Shown: piece by piece, positions 42,541 through 44,717 of the stretch
Layout: each line of letters begins with the position of its first letter
How positions within the stretch are numbered: the stretch's first letter is position 1
Assembly (NCBI GenBank): GCA_023245035.1
Contig: JAHFLD010000001.1
Coordinates: forward strand, 149,285-194,001
Length of the DNA stretch: 44,717 nt
Reading direction: 5' to 3'
Source of the DNA: Candidatus Harrisonbacteria bacterium
GTDB taxonomy: Bacteria; Patescibacteriota; Minisyncoccia; UBA6257; 1-14-0-10-40-38
The notes under the pieces: model-generated
Database searches by the model: none
What the model was told of the DNA's origin: nothing
Seen by the model: only the letters and a program-made list of their open reading frames with translations
Translations under genes and position numbers: made by a program

Positions 42541-44717
42541 ATGAAAAAAATCACTCAAATCCTAATCATACTGGCCATTGTCATCGTTGGCGGTTTAGTT
42601 GTTTACCGGCTAAAAAATACGACCGTAACCCTGCCGAAACCAAATCCCTTCCCGATAACCCCGGGAAATCTTCCTCCGCAACCGACACCCGCTCCTTCTC
42701 CGATTGAACCAACTCCGCCACCGCAACCAATTATCATTCCGCCGCCGACTCCCACTCCGCCACCCTCGGCCAATATCCCGCCGCCACTGCCGGAATTAAA
42801 CTCCACCTTCAAAGTCGGCGACGCCGTTGATTACCTTAATTTTACCTACGAGCAGAACCAGTTAATCCTTCAATCTATCTCCAAAGGAGCCAAAGAACTC
42901 AAAGTCACTACCAAAAAAATCTGGCAACTAACCCTCCGCCGACCCGATGGCACCAAGAGCACGGTTGACGCCTCCAGTTTGCGCGTGCCGATTAGGCTCG
43001 CTCAATCCGAAATCGCCGGCAAAAAAATTTCCAAGTTTGCCTGGGATCGGGTTTTTATCGCTCCGGAAAAAGAATTAAAGGCCGCGGTCACGATTGAATA
43101 TATCTCGGCGACCAAAAACTTTGAATGGTTTTTGGAAGTTGACCTGCCCGAAGGCTACGATCTGGTCTCGGTTCGTTTTCCCGAAGTCGCGGCCTACGCG
43201 ATTAACAATCCGGAAAATGATATTTTCGTGGAGCCGCTCTACGCCGGCACCGCCATCAAAGATCCCTATCACACCATTCCGCTTGAAACAAAAATCCCAA
43301 GCCCGGGGGCCTTCACCATGCAGTTTTTCGCGCTTTACGATAAAGACTCCCAAGACGGAGTTTATCTGGCCACTCACGATCCGAGCCAAAACGAAAAGGA
43401 ATTTCGCGTCAAACCAAACACCGGCAATATTGAATGGGAGCCGATTCACTACACGCCGGTTCCGACTCCGCGCCACTACCGCACTCCGTATCCGGTTGTC
43501 ATAACCTTCCTGCGCGGCGATTGGTTTTCGGCGGCGCAGATTTATCGGGCTTGGGCCAAGACTTCGCCGATGTTCTCCCGCGGCCCGTGGGCGCTTTCGC
43601 CTTCGGTTTCTTCGCGGACCAAAAGCGTGCAGGCCATGTATCTGCAAGCCCCGCCAAACGGCTTTAACGAGCACCAAAAAATCGCCGACGAATTTCGCAA
43701 GGCGACGAATTTTCTGGGAACCGAAAACATCTTCGCCTACTGGTACCAGTGGCATGAGCATTGGTTTGACAGCAAGTGGCCCGATATTGAACCCAAGTCA
43801 ACCTTCAAATCCGCCGCCGCTTCGCTCTCGGATCTGGGACTTACGATTATTCCCTACTATCTGCCGGGAAATTGGGATATTAACCTCCCGACCTACACCA
43901 ACGAAGTTGCGAATGCCTCCTGCTGGGACGAAAACGGCGAACCGCGAATTTCAAAAAGCGTTGACCGCGAAGGCCTTAAAAAATGGGATTCGGTCCAGCT
44001 TGATCCGAACCTTCCTTTTAGCCGCAATCACGAAAAAAGCGTCGTTGGCCGATTTATCAACGACTTCGGCGCCGGCGGCATTTATCTGGATTTCTGGAGC
44101 GGCATCCCCATGCTTAATTGCTGGAACAAGCTCGCCAATCATCCGCAGAATGGCGGCAACTTTTGGAATCAGGGCAAGAAAAATCTTGGTCGTGAAATTC
44201 GCGAATATGCCCAAAGTCTCAAGCCCAATTTTGTTATGACCAGCGAACACTTGGAAGAAACCCTTATTCCGGTTTTAGATATGATGCACGAGGATCCGGT
44301 ATTTTCCACCTTTGTTCCGCCCAATATGTTGCCGATTCCGCTCTGGGCGGCGGTCTATCACGACGCCATTTTGGCCTCTAATTTTGCCGGCATCCCGCCT
44401 TTCGCCGATCCAAATCCCGCCCCGCTCATTCGCGCCTACGTTACCTTGTCTTATATGTATGGCAACCTCTTGAGTTTTACCAACTGGTTTGCTAATTCAA
44501 GTCCGATCTTCAATCAAGATTTGCCAATCGACCACCCGATGCGACCGACTCTTGATTACGCCAAAATGCTGGTTACAACCTACAGCGCGACCCGGCCTTA
44601 TGTTTTAGAGGGTAAAATGCTTCGCCCTCTGCCCGGAACTTTTTGGAACTCGCTGGAATACAACGAAGAAATTTTCTTAAAGCCCTGGTCCAGCGTCTGG
44701 AAATCCAACGCCGGCAA
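42541..44717 (+). CDS. large membrane-anchored, Pro-rich-linker protein with uncharacterised aromatic-rich extracellular domain (3' end beyond window; absent from ORF track)
   Basis: I translated frame 1 by hand from ATG 42541 to nt 44717 and found no stop (MKKITQILIILAIVIVGGLVVYRL...PPQPTPAPSPIEPTPPPQP...YLDFWSG...MTSEHLEE...). All track ORFs in this interval are in other frames or on the other strand. Confidence 0.8.
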   Translation, partial: MKKITQILIILAIVIVGGLVVYRLKNTTVTLPKPNPFPITPGNLPPQPTPAPSPIEPTPPPQPIIIPPPTPTPPPSANIPPPLPELNSTFKVGDAVDYLNFTYEQNQLILQSISKGAKELKVTTKKIWQLTLRRPDGTKSTVDASSLRVPIRLAQSEIAGKKISKFAWDRVFIAPEKELKAAVTIEYISATKNFEWFLEVDLPEGYDLVSVRFPEVAAYAINNPENDIFVEPLYAGTAIKDPYHTIPLETKIPSPGAFTMQFFALYDKDSQDGVYLATHDPSQNEKEFRVKPNTGNIEWEPIHYTPVPTPRHYRTPYPVVITFLRGDWFSAAQIYRAWAKTSPMFSRGPWALSPSVSSRTKSVQAMYLQAPPNGFNEHQKIADEFRKATNFLGTENIFAYWYQWHEHWFDSKWPDIEPKSTFKSAAASLSDLGLTIIPYYLPGNWDINLPTYTNEVANASCWDENGEPRISKSVDREGLKKWDSVQLDPNLPFSRNHEKSVVGRFINDFGAGGIYLDFWSGIPMLNCWNKLANHPQNGGNFWNQGKKNLGREIREYAQSLKPNFVMTSEHLEETLIPVLDMMHEDPVFSTFVPPNMLPIPLWAAVYHDAILASNFAGIPPFADPNPAPLIRAYVTLSYMYGNLLSFTNWFANSSPIFNQDLPIDHPMRPTLDYAKMLVTTYSATRPYVLEGKMLRPLPGTFWNSLEYNEEIFLKPWSSVWKSNAG

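Noticed and set aside
1-44717. Alternative genetic code (UGA recoding, as in some candidate phyla) or mobile/defence islands
   Set aside because: TGA terminates well-defined genes at the expected lengths (for example GNAT at 3040-3042 and paralog B at 34279-34281), and no recognisable gene needs read-through. I found no transposase, integrase, recombinase, toxin-antitoxin, restriction or cas signatures in any frame.

Overview
Gene-dense bacterial window read with the standard genetic code; TGA, TAA and TAG all terminate recognisable genes. Most start codons lack a Shine-Dalgarno, and several sit 6-9 nt after a TATACT-type -10 box. The gene content resembles reduced Patescibacteria/CPR genomes: a Wzy_C+TPR ligase-like protein, a GT39/PMT-like transferase, a lamin-tail-domain protein, a split transketolase, non-oxidative pentose-phosphate and lower-glycolysis genes, and long-form L25. 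That placement is inference only. Layout: 1-14629 is a surface-glycan locus (three Gfo/Idh/MocA oxidoreductases, a B12-binding radical SAM enzyme, GNAT, AsnB-type amidotransferase, GT-B-like protein, flippase, methyltransferase, Wzy_C+TPR protein, GT39). 14727-16541 holds two secreted proteins, one Ser/Thr-rich and one with two peptidoglycan-binding domains. 16628-20271 holds tRNA-Pro(GGG), rpmB, dnaG and rpoD. 20317-23050 holds a second flippase plus a priming phosphoglycosyltransferase. 23071-25363 is a thiol-redox cluster (DsbA-like, a 57-aa SPW-type ORF missing from the ORF track, glutaredoxin-like, trxB). 25364-25753 is an unusually long, repeat-containing, highly structured non-coding stretch. 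25754-34281 holds a lamin-tail-domain protein and two mosaic paralogous surface-protein genes (27327-28403, 33205-34281) that bracket a housekeeping block (SpoU methyltransferase, DUF192, gap, CapA-like, rpiB). 34399-39758 holds rpe, split tkt, a PfkB kinase and fba. 39757-40325 holds two promoter-to-terminator units with no credible ORF, which are candidate sRNAs. 40400-44717 holds rplY, a coiled-coil MltB-like hydrolase, and an ORF of more than 725 aa that runs off the window end and is absent from the ORF track. I saw no transposase, integrase, reverse transcriptase, CRISPR array or recognisable defence genes. The best leads are: an exact 19-nt TTCG-repeat box shared by three sugar-phosphate genes, with related ATTCGTA arrays; the two unidentified structured RNA loci; the structured 70-nt-periodic non-coding region; the mosaic paralog pair; and the radical-SAM glycan locus next to possible glycosylation substrates.
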